The notes under the pieces were generated by a model, which had not been told where the DNA came from, did not search any database, and was given only the letters and a program-made list of their open reading frames with translations. The translations under genes and the position numbers were made by a program. This document shows, one piece after another, positions 33,942 through 41,827 of a DNA stretch of 42,913 nt. Each line of letters begins with the position of its first letter. Positions within the stretch are counted from its first letter, which is position 1. This stretch comes from a virus (lineage: Duplodnaviria; Caudoviricetes): IMG/VR virus record IMGVR_UViG_3300044472_000050, positions 1 to 42,913 of that record. One strand, 5' to 3'.

Positions 33942-34841
33942 CTAGGCTCGCGGGTGCGCTTTCCGATAGACCTCCTCCATTCGCGAGCTCGTGACGTGGA
34001 GGTAGATCCCCGTCGTGGAGAGATAGGCATGGCCGAGCAGCTCCTGGACCGTCCGGAGATCGGCGCCGCCCTCGAGAAGATGCGTCGCGAAGCTGTGCCG
34101 GAAGAGGTGCGGGTGGAGATGCTTCCTTAGTCCGGCCCGCTCGCCCAGGATTTCAAGCCGCCGGCGGATCGCGGTCAGGCACCATCGGCGGCCGCGGTTC
34201 GAGATGAAGAGCGCCCCCTCGCCGGCGCGGCCGCGCTTCCGGAGAGTTTTCTCGCGGGACGGGATCCAGGCCCGGATCGCCGCGATCGCGGCCGGCGTGA
34301 AGAGCATGATCCGGTCCTTCAGGCCCTTCCCGCGGATCCGCGTCCGGCCGCTTTCGAGGTCGATCTCGGGAAGGTCGATCGAGGCGACCTCGGAGATGCG
34401 CCCGCCCGTCGCGTAGAGGACCTCGACCAGGAGCACGTCCCGGACGTCCTTCAAGCTTTGGAGGAGCTGCGTGATCTCGGCCGCGGTCAGGTATTCCGGG
34501 AGCTTCCTGGCGACGCGGATCCGCCCGAGATCTTCGAAGGGGTTCTGGTAGAGATAGCCCTGCCGGCGGAGCCACCCGTACCAGTTTTTGGCGCGCGAGA
34601 CCTTGACCCGGACGGTCGAGGGCTCGAGCTCCTGGGCGCGGAGCGAGGCGACGTACTCCGTCACCTGGTCGAGCCCGATCTGGTCGTAGCGGAGACCGCG
34701 CGAATCGAGCCACCGCCCATAGCGCTCGACGTCGCCGGCGAGCACGCGGACCGTGTCTCTCGAATGACCGAGCGCGGTCAGATGGACCTTGTATTTTTCG
34801 ATGAGGGCCGCGACCGGGCCCCGGTCGATGCCGGACTCCAA
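33942..34841 (-). CDS. Tyrosine recombinase/integrase, XerC/XerD-like
   Basis: SAM-like N-domain; YATGGRISE, GKGLKDR, HPHLFRHSFATHLLEGGADLRTVQELLGH...TTGIY catalytic motifs. Confidence 0.93.
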   Translation of the reverse strand: MESGIDRGPVAALIEKYKVHLTALGHSRDTVRVLAGDVERYGRWLDSRGLRYDQIGLDQVTEYVASLRAQELEPSTVRVKVSRAKNWYGWLRRQGYLYQNPFEDLGRIRVARKLPEYLTAAEITQLLQSLKDVRDVLLVEVLYATGGRISEVASIDLPEIDLESGRTRIRGKGLKDRIMLFTPAAIAAIRAWIPSREKTLRKRGRAGEGALFISNRGRRWCLTAIRRRLEILGERAGLRKHLHPHLFRHSFATHLLEGGADLRTVQELLGHAYLSTTGIYLHVTSSRMEEVYRKAHPRA

Positions 34842-35011
34842 TCCTCCCTATCCACTCCCGGGCGTACCCTCTTTTCCCCTGCCCGGAAACTCCCTCCCGA
34901 GGAAACACCCCACCCCTATTCCCTCGGGGACTGCCCGGTCGCATTCTCTCTAACGGACCGCGGGCCGCGCGGGTGCATGAAATTTATTTTAAATTCCGCT
35001 CCATTTTGCAG

Positions 35012-35041
35012 TTGACTTTAAAGTCTTTCTCCGGGTAGAGT
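35012..35041 (+). promoter_or_regulatory. Early rightward promoter with overlapping palindromic operator
   Basis: TTGACT, 18 nt, TAGAGT; perfect palindrome GACTTTAAAGTC (35014-35025) over the -35; AT-rich AATTTATTTTAAATT upstream. Confidence 0.6.
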
Positions 35042-35153
35042 CCCCTTCGTCGAGCTCAAGGAGAAGAGGGCGGCCTGCGGTCACACCGAATCAAGCCTGA
35101 AACTGCTTGATTTCACGCATTCGTGACCTCGGGCCGCCTCGCAAGGAGGCGGC

Positions 35154-35438
35154 ATGCAGGACGGCGATCCGGGCCTGAGAGGGGGAGCCAACTTTTCCCC
35201 CTTGGAGGGCCCACCCCCGGCACCATCCGGGGACTGCCCTGTCGCGGGCCCTCTTCAATCTTCTTACCCGTCCCCCGTCCCGGCGGTGCGCTGCCACCGG
35301 TGCGGGGTCCTCGTCCATGGCGGCCTCGCGCCGGCGCGGCCGGGCATCTGCGCGCCCTGCGAGGCTTGGCTCACCTCGGGGATCCAGCTGCCGCCGCCCC
35401 CGCCCTTCGAGCCGCGTCATGAGGTGTCGTCGTGTTAG
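35154..35438 (+). CDS. Pro-rich protein with CxxC...CxxC
   Basis: AAGGAGG SD, first ORF after the promoter. Confidence 0.5.
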   Translation: MQDGDPGLRGGANFSPLEGPPPAPSGDCPVAGPLQSSYPSPVPAVRCHRCGVLVHGGLAPARPGICAPCEAWLTSGIQLPPPPPFEPRHEVSSC

Positions 35439-35617
35439 GGGACCTGGACGAGACGGTCCTGGCCCTTGACGCCCTCTGTCCGCGCCGGCGTTGGCGCGAG
35501 CCCTCGGACTGGCTCCTGGACGCCCACCGGCAGGGGCTTCTCCGCTGGGACGAGGCGCTGACCCTCTACCTCTGCTTCGTTCCGTGCGAGCGGATCGGAA
35601 AGGGGGGGCGGCCATGA
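35432..35617 (+). CDS. Small hypothetical protein
   Basis: GAGGTG SD; stop overlaps the next ATG. Confidence 0.5.
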   Translation: MLGDLDETVLALDALCPRRRWREPSDWLLDAHRQGLLRWDEALTLYLCFVPCERIGKGGRP

Positions 35618-35967
35618 GGGTCACTCAGACCGACATCGCCCGGCGCGCGCGCCTGGACGTCTCGAGCGTGAACAAGATCCTGAACCGGACGCCGGGGCCG
35701 AAGTTCCTACCGGCGACGGTGAAGAGAGTCCTCCGGATCGCGCGCGAGCTGGGCTATGACTTCGGCCGGGCGACCAAGGGGACGCTCGGCCGCGATCTCC
35801 AGGCGGCCAAGGAGGCGGGCGGCGCGCTCCTCCTCGCCGCGCGCGAGGCCCGGCGGGCGCTCGAAGCGGGCGAGGTCCTCTACAGGGACGGCTCGGCCGA
35901 TCGCGGCCTTGAGCGGCTGCTTGCGGCCGCGGTCGAGAAGGCCGAGAAAGCGGGGCTCGTCGCATGA
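35614..35967 (+). CDS. LacI-type HTH DNA-binding protein (headpiece only)
   Basis: ATG at 35614; VTQTDIARRARLDVSSVNKILN...ATVKRVLRIARELGY matches the LacI HTH; no sugar-binding domain. Confidence 0.8.
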   Translation: MRVTQTDIARRARLDVSSVNKILNRTPGPKFLPATVKRVLRIARELGYDFGRATKGTLGRDLQAAKEAGGALLLAAREARRALEAGEVLYRDGSADRGLERLLAAAVEKAEKAGLVA

Positions 35968-36269
35968 TGCCTCGGAAGGTGCCCTCGGCGAATCCCGAGA
36001 GCGTGGCGGCGCTCTCCTATGCTCGGAAGCGCTGGGGAATGGCGATCCGGAGGGTCGACAGCCACTCGCGGCTCTGCCGGCCGTGCAATCGGCAGCGTCA
36101 TCCGCATGCCTTCGCAGTCCTGTCCGGCGCTCTCACGAATCCCGGCGTCGAGGCCTATCAGCTCTGCCCGAAGGCCCGCGAGCTCTACGAAGAGGAGCGC
36201 CAGGCGCTCGCGGACTATCGGGCCCTGGGCGGGACGCTTCCAGTCGTGCGTGAAGGAGCCCGGGCATGA
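35964..36269 (+). CDS. Hypothetical protein (H..xCxxC...C)
   Basis: ATGA-coupled. Confidence 0.6.
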   Translation: MMPRKVPSANPESVAALSYARKRWGMAIRRVDSHSRLCRPCNRQRHPHAFAVLSGALTNPGVEAYQLCPKARELYEEERQALADYRALGGTLPVVREGARA

Positions 36270-36481
36270 GGCGCACCGAGAGCGAGATGGAATTCCGCCG
36301 CCTGGTCCGCGAATTCATCCGGCGCTGGCAGAAGAGCCTGATCGAGGACCGCCGGTCGCTGCGCGAGCTCCGCCGGCGGAAGGGTCCCGCCTCGGAACGT
36401 ATCGCGGCCTGGAGGGCTGGCTTCATCTGTTCAGCCGATCTTTTTCTCCGAGAGATGTCGGAGGCCCTAAAGGAGACCTGA
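36266..36481 (+). CDS. Small basic hypothetical protein
   Basis: AAGGAG SD, ATGA-coupled. Confidence 0.6.
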   Translation: MRRTESEMEFRRLVREFIRRWQKSLIEDRRSLRELRRRKGPASERIAAWRAGFICSADLFLREMSEALKET

Positions 36482-36587
36482 TCCCCCTCGAACCCTCCCT
36501 CATCTGAGGTGGGGCTTGCACGTTGGCGGCCCGGGCCAGCCGGGCCGCCAGGGTTCCGGCCCGAAGACGGAATAGGAGGAGGCGGAA

Positions 36588-38096
36588 ATGGCAGCCAGCG
36601 CGGCGGTCGAATCACCCTTCCGATTCATCCCTCTTGATGCGATCGAGGAATCGAAGGCGAATCCTCGGAAGACATTCGAGCCGGAGGCGCTCGAGGAGCT
36701 CGCGGTCTCGATCAAGGCTAAGGGGGTGCTCCAGCCGATCCTCGTCCGGCCTCAGAATGGGCACTTCGAGCTGGTCGCCGGGGCCCGGCGCGTCCGGGCG
36801 GCGAAGAAGGCGGGCCTGAAAGATATCCCGGCCGTCGTGCGCGAGCTCTCCGACGAGCAGGCCCTCGAGGCGATGGTCATCGAGAACCTCCAGCGGGCCG
36901 ATATCCATCCCCTCGAGGAAGCCGAAGGCTACCAGGCGCTCCTCAAGTTCAAGGGATGCGACGTCCCGGGCATCGCGAAGAAGGTGGGGAAGAGCGCGAG
37001 CTACGTCTACCAGCGCCTGAAGCTGGCCGAGCTCTCTCCCTCCCTCAAGGAGGCCTTCACAGGCGGCGCCATCACCCCGGGGCATGCGATCGAGCTCGCT
37101 CGCCTCCAGCGGGAGGATCAGGAGGAGGTCAAGTCGAAGTACCTCTTCATCGAAGAATACAGCCGTGCGACGGACTCGCGGGTCCGGGCCGTGGTTCCCG
37201 TCCGGGAGCTTCGGACCTGCATCGCCAAGCGGATCCATCGGAGCCTCGCCTCGGCGCCCTGGAAAAAGGACGACGCGACCCTTCTCGCGAAGGCGGGGCC
37301 CTGTACGACGTGCCCCTTCCGGGCGGCGAATCAGCCGGACGCCCCTAAAAAGGACGGTCAGGACCAGACCTGCACGAAACCTTCCTGCTACGAAGAGAAG
37401 CTCCGCGCCTATGCGGAGCGAAAAGTCCAGGAGCTCCGGAAGATCGACCGGAAGGCGACTCTGATCTCCGACGAGTACTCCGGAGGCCCCAAGGGCTCCC
37501 TGCCCTCCTCCAAATACGACGAGCTCTCCGGAAAGCAGAAGGATTGCCTGGGCACGACCAAGGGGGTCTTCGTCGATGGGGCAAAGGTCGGCCAGGTGGT
37601 CCGGATCTGCGCCGCCGGCGAGCGCTGCAAGGTCCACAACACCTACCACAGCACGAGGAGCTCGACCGATTGGGCGGCTCAGTCGCGCGCCGAGGCCCGT
37701 CGCAAGTTTCGCGAAGCCGAAGTCGCCAGGCGCGTCATGGATGCCTTCCTCCCCAAGGTGAAGGCCTTCAAGCGGGCCGATCTCGAAATGATCGCCCGAT
37801 CCTTCTTCGGCGATGTCTGGCATGAACGCCGGCGGAAGATCGCCGCCCGCCACGGCTGGAGCAATAGCTATGACGTCGGCTCCGGGAAGCTCGGGAAGAT
37901 GTCCGACCAGGACCTGGTCCGACTCATTCTCGAGATCGCTTGTACTCTCCGGCGGCCGGATCTTTTCGCAGCATCCAAGCGGCATGGCGTGAACGCGAAG
38001 CGGATCGAGAAGGCCTACCTCGCGGAGCTGAAAGCCAAGAAAGCGAAGAAGAAGGCGGCGAAGGCCGCGAAAGCTTCGGCCAAGAAGAAGCGATAG
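36588..38096 (+). CDS. parB: ParB/Spo0J-family protein with long C-terminal extension
   Basis: NPRKTF...GVLQPILVRP...ELVAGARRVRA...ENLQRADIHPLEEA, HTH IAKKVGKSASYVYQRLKL; Cys cluster; Lys-rich tail. Confidence 0.9.
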   Translation: MAASAAVESPFRFIPLDAIEESKANPRKTFEPEALEELAVSIKAKGVLQPILVRPQNGHFELVAGARRVRAAKKAGLKDIPAVVRELSDEQALEAMVIENLQRADIHPLEEAEGYQALLKFKGCDVPGIAKKVGKSASYVYQRLKLAELSPSLKEAFTGGAITPGHAIELARLQREDQEEVKSKYLFIEEYSRATDSRVRAVVPVRELRTCIAKRIHRSLASAPWKKDDATLLAKAGPCTTCPFRAANQPDAPKKDGQDQTCTKPSCYEEKLRAYAERKVQELRKIDRKATLISDEYSGGPKGSLPSSKYDELSGKQKDCLGTTKGVFVDGAKVGQVVRICAAGERCKVHNTYHSTRSSTDWAAQSRAEARRKFREAEVARRVMDAFLPKVKAFKRADLEMIARSFFGDVWHERRRKIAARHGWSNSYDVGSGKLGKMSDQDLVRLILEIACTLRRPDLFAASKRHGVNAKRIEKAYLAELKAKKAKKKAAKAAKASAKKKR

Positions 38097-38297
38097 GAGC
38101 CCGGGCGGATCCTGGCTGAGGGAGAGGGTTGATGGCGGGAGAGAGCGGAGACGCGACCGGGGAGAGGAGGGGACTGCCAACCCTCCCGAAAACTTCGTCC
38201 ATGAAGATCCCCCAGAGTGCGCCGGCGGCCCGCGGAGGCGGATAGCAGCAGCGCGCGGGCGGCCGGCGAAATCTTTCGGCGAGTGAGAGAGAGTGGA

Positions 38298-38948
38298 ATG
38301 GCGACGGAACCGGAGAGAGCGGCGACCCTGTGCGCGGAGCCCGAGGCAAGGGCCTTCCGCTGCCCGGAATGCGGGCACGAGGAGGCGACGGCCGAGGGCC
38401 TGGGCACCCACCTCGAGCGGCATCGCGAGGTCCTCCCGGTGCAGACGTCTGCACGGGGCCGGATCCTCACCTTCCCCTGCCCGAAGGGCTGCGGCCGGAA
38501 TTTCCGACCCGGAAACGCGGCCGGGCGGACTCCGAGCGCCGAGATCAGGCTCCACATCGAATCATGCGCCGGCCTGCCGCCGCTTCCGGCGGCTCCGCCG
38601 GCGGAGCATCGAAAGGAGGAGGCGGTGGCGAAGAAGTTCGTCTGCGAGAAGTGCCCCGGCGAGAAGTTCGACAGCCCGCAGGGCCTCGGCGCCCATCGGC
38701 GGCGCGAGCATCCGGGCACCGCGAAGCCTCGCCGCGGCGGGCGGCGGGCCGCGACCGCCGGGGAGGGCGCCGGCGAGACCGAGCGGGAGCCCCTCGTCGT
38801 CCCAGACACGAACGGCGAGGCCCGGCCGATCAAGGACCGGATCCTGGACCAGCTTGAGCTCGAGGAGGACCGCCTGGCGAAGGAGCTCGGGCACTGCAAA
38901 GCGTTGATCGCGGCCGTGAGAGAGACGCCGGGGGGGGGGTCGGCCTAA
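38298..38948 (+). CDS. Multi zinc-finger protein (C2H2, C2HC, C2H2) with C-terminal coiled coil
   Basis: CPEC-x12-HLERH; CPKGC...HIESC; CEKC-x13-HRRREH; ATG at 38298. Confidence 0.7.
   Translation: MATEPERAATLCAEPEARAFRCPECGHEEATAEGLGTHLERHREVLPVQTSARGRILTFPCPKGCGRNFRPGNAAGRTPSAEIRLHIESCAGLPPLPAAPPAEHRKEEAVAKKFVCEKCPGEKFDSPQGLGAHRRREHPGTAKPRRGGRRAATAGEGAGETEREPLVVPDTNGEARPIKDRILDQLELEEDRLAKELGHCKALIAAVRETPGGGSA
38439..38454. promoter_or_regulatory. Palindrome copy 3, extended to GTGCAGACGTCTGCAC
   Basis: 16-bp perfect palindrome about 340 bp downstream of parB. Confidence 0.55.
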
Positions 38949-39085
38949 GAAGCCGGACCCTTCGTAGCGCGGCCTGAGGCGTCGACGGCCGCGGCGCCGC
39001 GTGAGTGCGGGGAGTGCGGGCACTGGAAGGCCCGGGCCCTCGAGGCGGAGGCTGATTGGGAGACGATCGTCAAGTCGAAGATCCG

Positions 39086-39499
39086 ATGGATGCTATGGGC
39101 CAAGCGCGAAGGAATCCGGTTTCCCGAAAACGAGGAGCTCCACGAGCTCTGGCCTCTCGAGCACTACGATCTCCGTCCGGAGCGGCGGAGGCGGGCTGCG
39201 CGGGCCGGGAATTCTTCCGCCGGCTCCTCCGCTGGCCCCATCTTCCCCGATCGCCGCGGGTCCGGACCTGCATCGTCTGCGGCTGCACCGACCGGCGGGC
39301 CTGCCGCGGCGGATGCGGATGGGCCTACGACGCCTACGGCAGCGGGAGCAATTGGGGCCTCTGCAATGCCTGCACCGACAAGCGGATCTGTGGCATCGCG
39401 GAACGGCTGATCGTCGACGCCTTCGTCGGCGACCGATGGCGCGGGAAGGGCGGCTGCCCCTGCCCGATCTGCCTGGCGAAAGGAACTGGCCGTGGCTAG
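39086..39499 (+). CDS. Cys-rich protein (CxxCGCT...AC.GGC.W...LC.AC), start uncertain
   Basis: Common phage zinc-binding motif in the 3' half; the 5' part looks more protein-like in a different frame. Confidence 0.45.
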   Translation: MDAMGQARRNPVSRKRGAPRALASRALRSPSGAAEAGCAGREFFRRLLRWPHLPRSPRVRTCIVCGCTDRRACRGGCGWAYDAYGSGSNWGLCNACTDKRICGIAERLIVDAFVGDRWRGKGGCPCPICLAKGTGRG

Positions 39500-39517
39500 G
39501 GAGCGGAGGAGATTTCA

Positions 39518-39868
39518 ATGAGCGACCTCAGTTTCGACGCGCTCCGGCTCGCGAATGGCAGCCGCTGCGCGCGCTGGCATCCGCCCGAGTCCACCCCCTG
39601 GACCGCGGCGGATTGGTCGAACGCGACGTGCGGCGAAGCCGGCGAGATGGCGAATGTCATCAAGAAGATTCGGAGGTACGAGACGGGCGCGATCAACGAA
39701 GGCGACCCGCCGCTCGAGAAGCTGAAGGGGCTTGCGGCCGATGAGATCGCTGATGTCGTGATCTACGCGGATCTCCTGGCGAAGTATCTGGGCGTCGATC
39801 TCGGCCAAGCGATCCGCGCCAAGTTCAACCGGACTTCCGAGAAGTACGGATTTCCCGAAAGGCTTTAG
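39518..39868 (+). CDS. MazG-like NTP pyrophosphohydrolase
   Basis: GEAGEMANVIKK...DEIADVVIY...GVDL..AI.AKFN. Confidence 0.85.
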   Translation: MSDLSFDALRLANGSRCARWHPPESTPWTAADWSNATCGEAGEMANVIKKIRRYETGAINEGDPPLEKLKGLAADEIADVVIYADLLAKYLGVDLGQAIRAKFNRTSEKYGFPERL

Positions 39869-39875
39869 GGGCCCG

Positions 39876-40865
39876 ATGGCGAAAACCGAGATCGAATGGA
39901 CCGACCAGGTCTGGAACCCGATCCGCGGCTGCACGCGGATCTCGGAGGGATGCCGGCACTGCTATGCCGAGCGCCAGGCGGTCCGCCTTTCCGGTCCCGG
40001 CTGGCCCTATGAGGGGCTGGTCCATTCGACGCCGGCGGGGCCGCGGTGGACCGGGAAGCTCTCCTTCGTGGAGGAGGTCCTCCGCTGGCCGCTCGGCCTC
40101 CGCGGCCGGCATCGGATCTTCGTCAACAGCATGTCTGACCTCTTCCATGAGGACGCCCCCGACGAGTGGATCGAGCAGATCTTCGCGGTGATGGCGCTCG
40201 CCGGCGGGCAGGTCTTCCAGGTCCTCACCAAGCGCGCGCGGCGGATGCGCCTCCTCCTCCAGGACGAGGCCTTCCAGGAAGGCGTCGCCCTCTTCATGGG
40301 CAAGCTTTCGAGGACGGCTCTCGGCGTCAGGACCTGGCCGCCTCCCAATGTCTGGCTCGGAGTTTCTGTCGAGAATGCCCCGGCCGTCGACGAGCGGATC
40401 CCGGAGCTGCTCGCGGCGCCGGCCGCCCTGCGATGGATCTCGGCCGAGCCGCTCCTGGGCCCGATCTCGGTGATGGGATACCTTCCTGGGCATCTGCCGG
40501 TCCATTCGGGGGCGAAGCTCGATTGGGTCGTGATCGGCGGCGAGAGTGGTCCGGGCGCGCGGCTCTGCCGCCCGAGCTGGATCCGCTCGATCGTCCGGCA
40601 ATGCCGGGCCGCGCTGGTGCCGGTCTTCGTCAAGCAGCTCGGCGCCCACGTCGTCGATCGGAACGACGCGGGATTCGACGGCTCCGAGCCCAAGGCCTGG
40701 CCGGATGGTACCGAGGCGGACCGCTGGGATCTCGATCCCGGGCGGCAGTACCAGGGCGCCGACGCCCGGATCCTGCTCGAGGACCGAAAGGGCGGCGACC
40801 CCGCGGAATGGCCCGAGGACCTCCGGATTCGCCTCTACCCGCAGACGGCGGAGGCCCGGCGATGA
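39876..40865 (+). CDS. Gp37/Gp68 (DUF5131) family protein
   Basis: IEWTD..WNP..GCT.IS.GC.HCYA, IFVNSMSDLFH, FQVLTKR, NVWLGVSVE, SAEPLLG, WVVIGGESG, FVKQ. Confidence 0.9.
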   Translation: MAKTEIEWTDQVWNPIRGCTRISEGCRHCYAERQAVRLSGPGWPYEGLVHSTPAGPRWTGKLSFVEEVLRWPLGLRGRHRIFVNSMSDLFHEDAPDEWIEQIFAVMALAGGQVFQVLTKRARRMRLLLQDEAFQEGVALFMGKLSRTALGVRTWPPPNVWLGVSVENAPAVDERIPELLAAPAALRWISAEPLLGPISVMGYLPGHLPVHSGAKLDWVVIGGESGPGARLCRPSWIRSIVRQCRAALVPVFVKQLGAHVVDRNDAGFDGSEPKAWPDGTEADRWDLDPGRQYQGADARILLEDRKGGDPAEWPEDLRIRLYPQTAEARR

Positions 40866-41095
40866 ATGGTTTCCGCTGCGTCCATTGCCGCGAGAATCCG
40901 GTCGCCGCGACCGGCCCCGTCCTTTGCGGGCCCTGCGCGGAGGAGCGCGAGCGCGATTTCGCCGAGATGGAACTCCGCCTCCGGCGCGAAATGGGCCTCT
41001 GCCCCTCGAGCGCGAAGTTCTGGCGGCAGCTTTTCCCCTGGCTTCTCCTCGAGGCCGCGGCGATCGCCGCGGCGCTCCTCTGGTGGCCGCGATGA
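40862..41095 (+). CDS. Small CxxC protein with C-terminal TM helix
   Basis: ATG at 40862; CVHC...CGPC; hydrophobic C-terminus. Confidence 0.55.
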   Translation: MNGFRCVHCRENPVAATGPVLCGPCAEERERDFAEMELRLRREMGLCPSSAKFWRQLFPWLLLEAAAIAAALLWWPR

Positions 41096-41463
41096 GCGAG
41101 TTCCTGAAGCCGTCCTGCCCTTACTGCAAGGGATCGGGCCTGGTCCAGCACGACCAGCCGGCGCAGATCTCCGACGAGGGCTGGTTCCGGTTCGTCGGGT
41201 TCGGCCATTGCCCGCTCTGTCGGGGCTTCAGCCGCGAGGACCGCCAGCTCTGCCGCATGGAGCTGACCCGCGCCGGCGGGGCCGCGGCCCTCTTCATGAT
41301 GAGGACGAAGGCGGACCGCGCGATCGTGGGATGCCCCCAGGCGGGCTGCCGGCAGTGGGCCGATATCACCGAATTCCTGACTCCCCGCCGGCGCGCGGGG
41401 GATCCGCCGGTCGCCGCCGCGTGCGCGGCGGGGCATCCGCTCACTCTTGAGATCGTGAACTGA
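41092..41463 (+). CDS. Cys-rich hypothetical protein (DnaJ-like CxxCxGxG)
   Basis: ATG at 41092; CPYCKGSG...CPLCRG. Confidence 0.55.
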   Translation: MSEFLKPSCPYCKGSGLVQHDQPAQISDEGWFRFVGFGHCPLCRGFSREDRQLCRMELTRAGGAAALFMMRTKADRAIVGCPQAGCRQWADITEFLTPRRRAGDPPVAAACAAGHPLTLEIVN

Positions 41464-41490
41464 CCGCGCGATCGCGGTCCTGGAAAGGAG

Positions 41491-41814
41491 ATGGCGATGG
41501 GCATCACCCCCCCCTTGGGCAGCCACGACGACAATCCCGACCAGGTCAGCATCCCTGGCCTGAAGGAGAAGGCCTTGACGCCGGATCAGAAGAAGGCGCT
41601 CGACTGCCTCCGCGCGCTCAAAGAGCACCGGAAGAATGCGAAGGAGGTCCGCCGCCAACTCAAGGACCGGGAGCAGGAGCTCCTCGAGGAGACGTTCGAG
41701 GTCCTGGATGGCCTCGAGCTCGTCGCCGGCAAGATCGGGCCCGCCACCTTCCGGAGCAAGGTGATCCGGAAGCTGGAGCTCGAGATCGCCGAGAAAAAGA
41801 AGGCGTCGAAGTAG
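41491..41814 (+). CDS. Hypothetical charged protein
   Basis: AAAGGAG SD. Confidence 0.65.
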   Translation: MAMGITPPLGSHDDNPDQVSIPGLKEKALTPDQKKALDCLRALKEHRKNAKEVRRQLKDREQELLEETFEVLDGLELVAGKIGPATFRSKVIRKLELEIAEKKKASK

Positions 41815-41827
41815 GCGCCGGGATCTG

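Noticed and set aside
4774-38555. Many long overlapping or antisense ORFs in the track (e.g. 4774-6429, 22240-24063, 31363-32979, 36612-38555)
   Set aside because: Shadow ORFs expected in high-GC DNA opposite real genes; no SD, no motifs, Arg/Pro/Gly-biased translations
2988-39868. HD hydrolase plus MazG-like gene as a 2-aminoadenine (Z-genome) pathway
   Set aside because: No PurZ/adenylosuccinate-synthetase-like gene or replicative polymerase; the two genes are not adjacent
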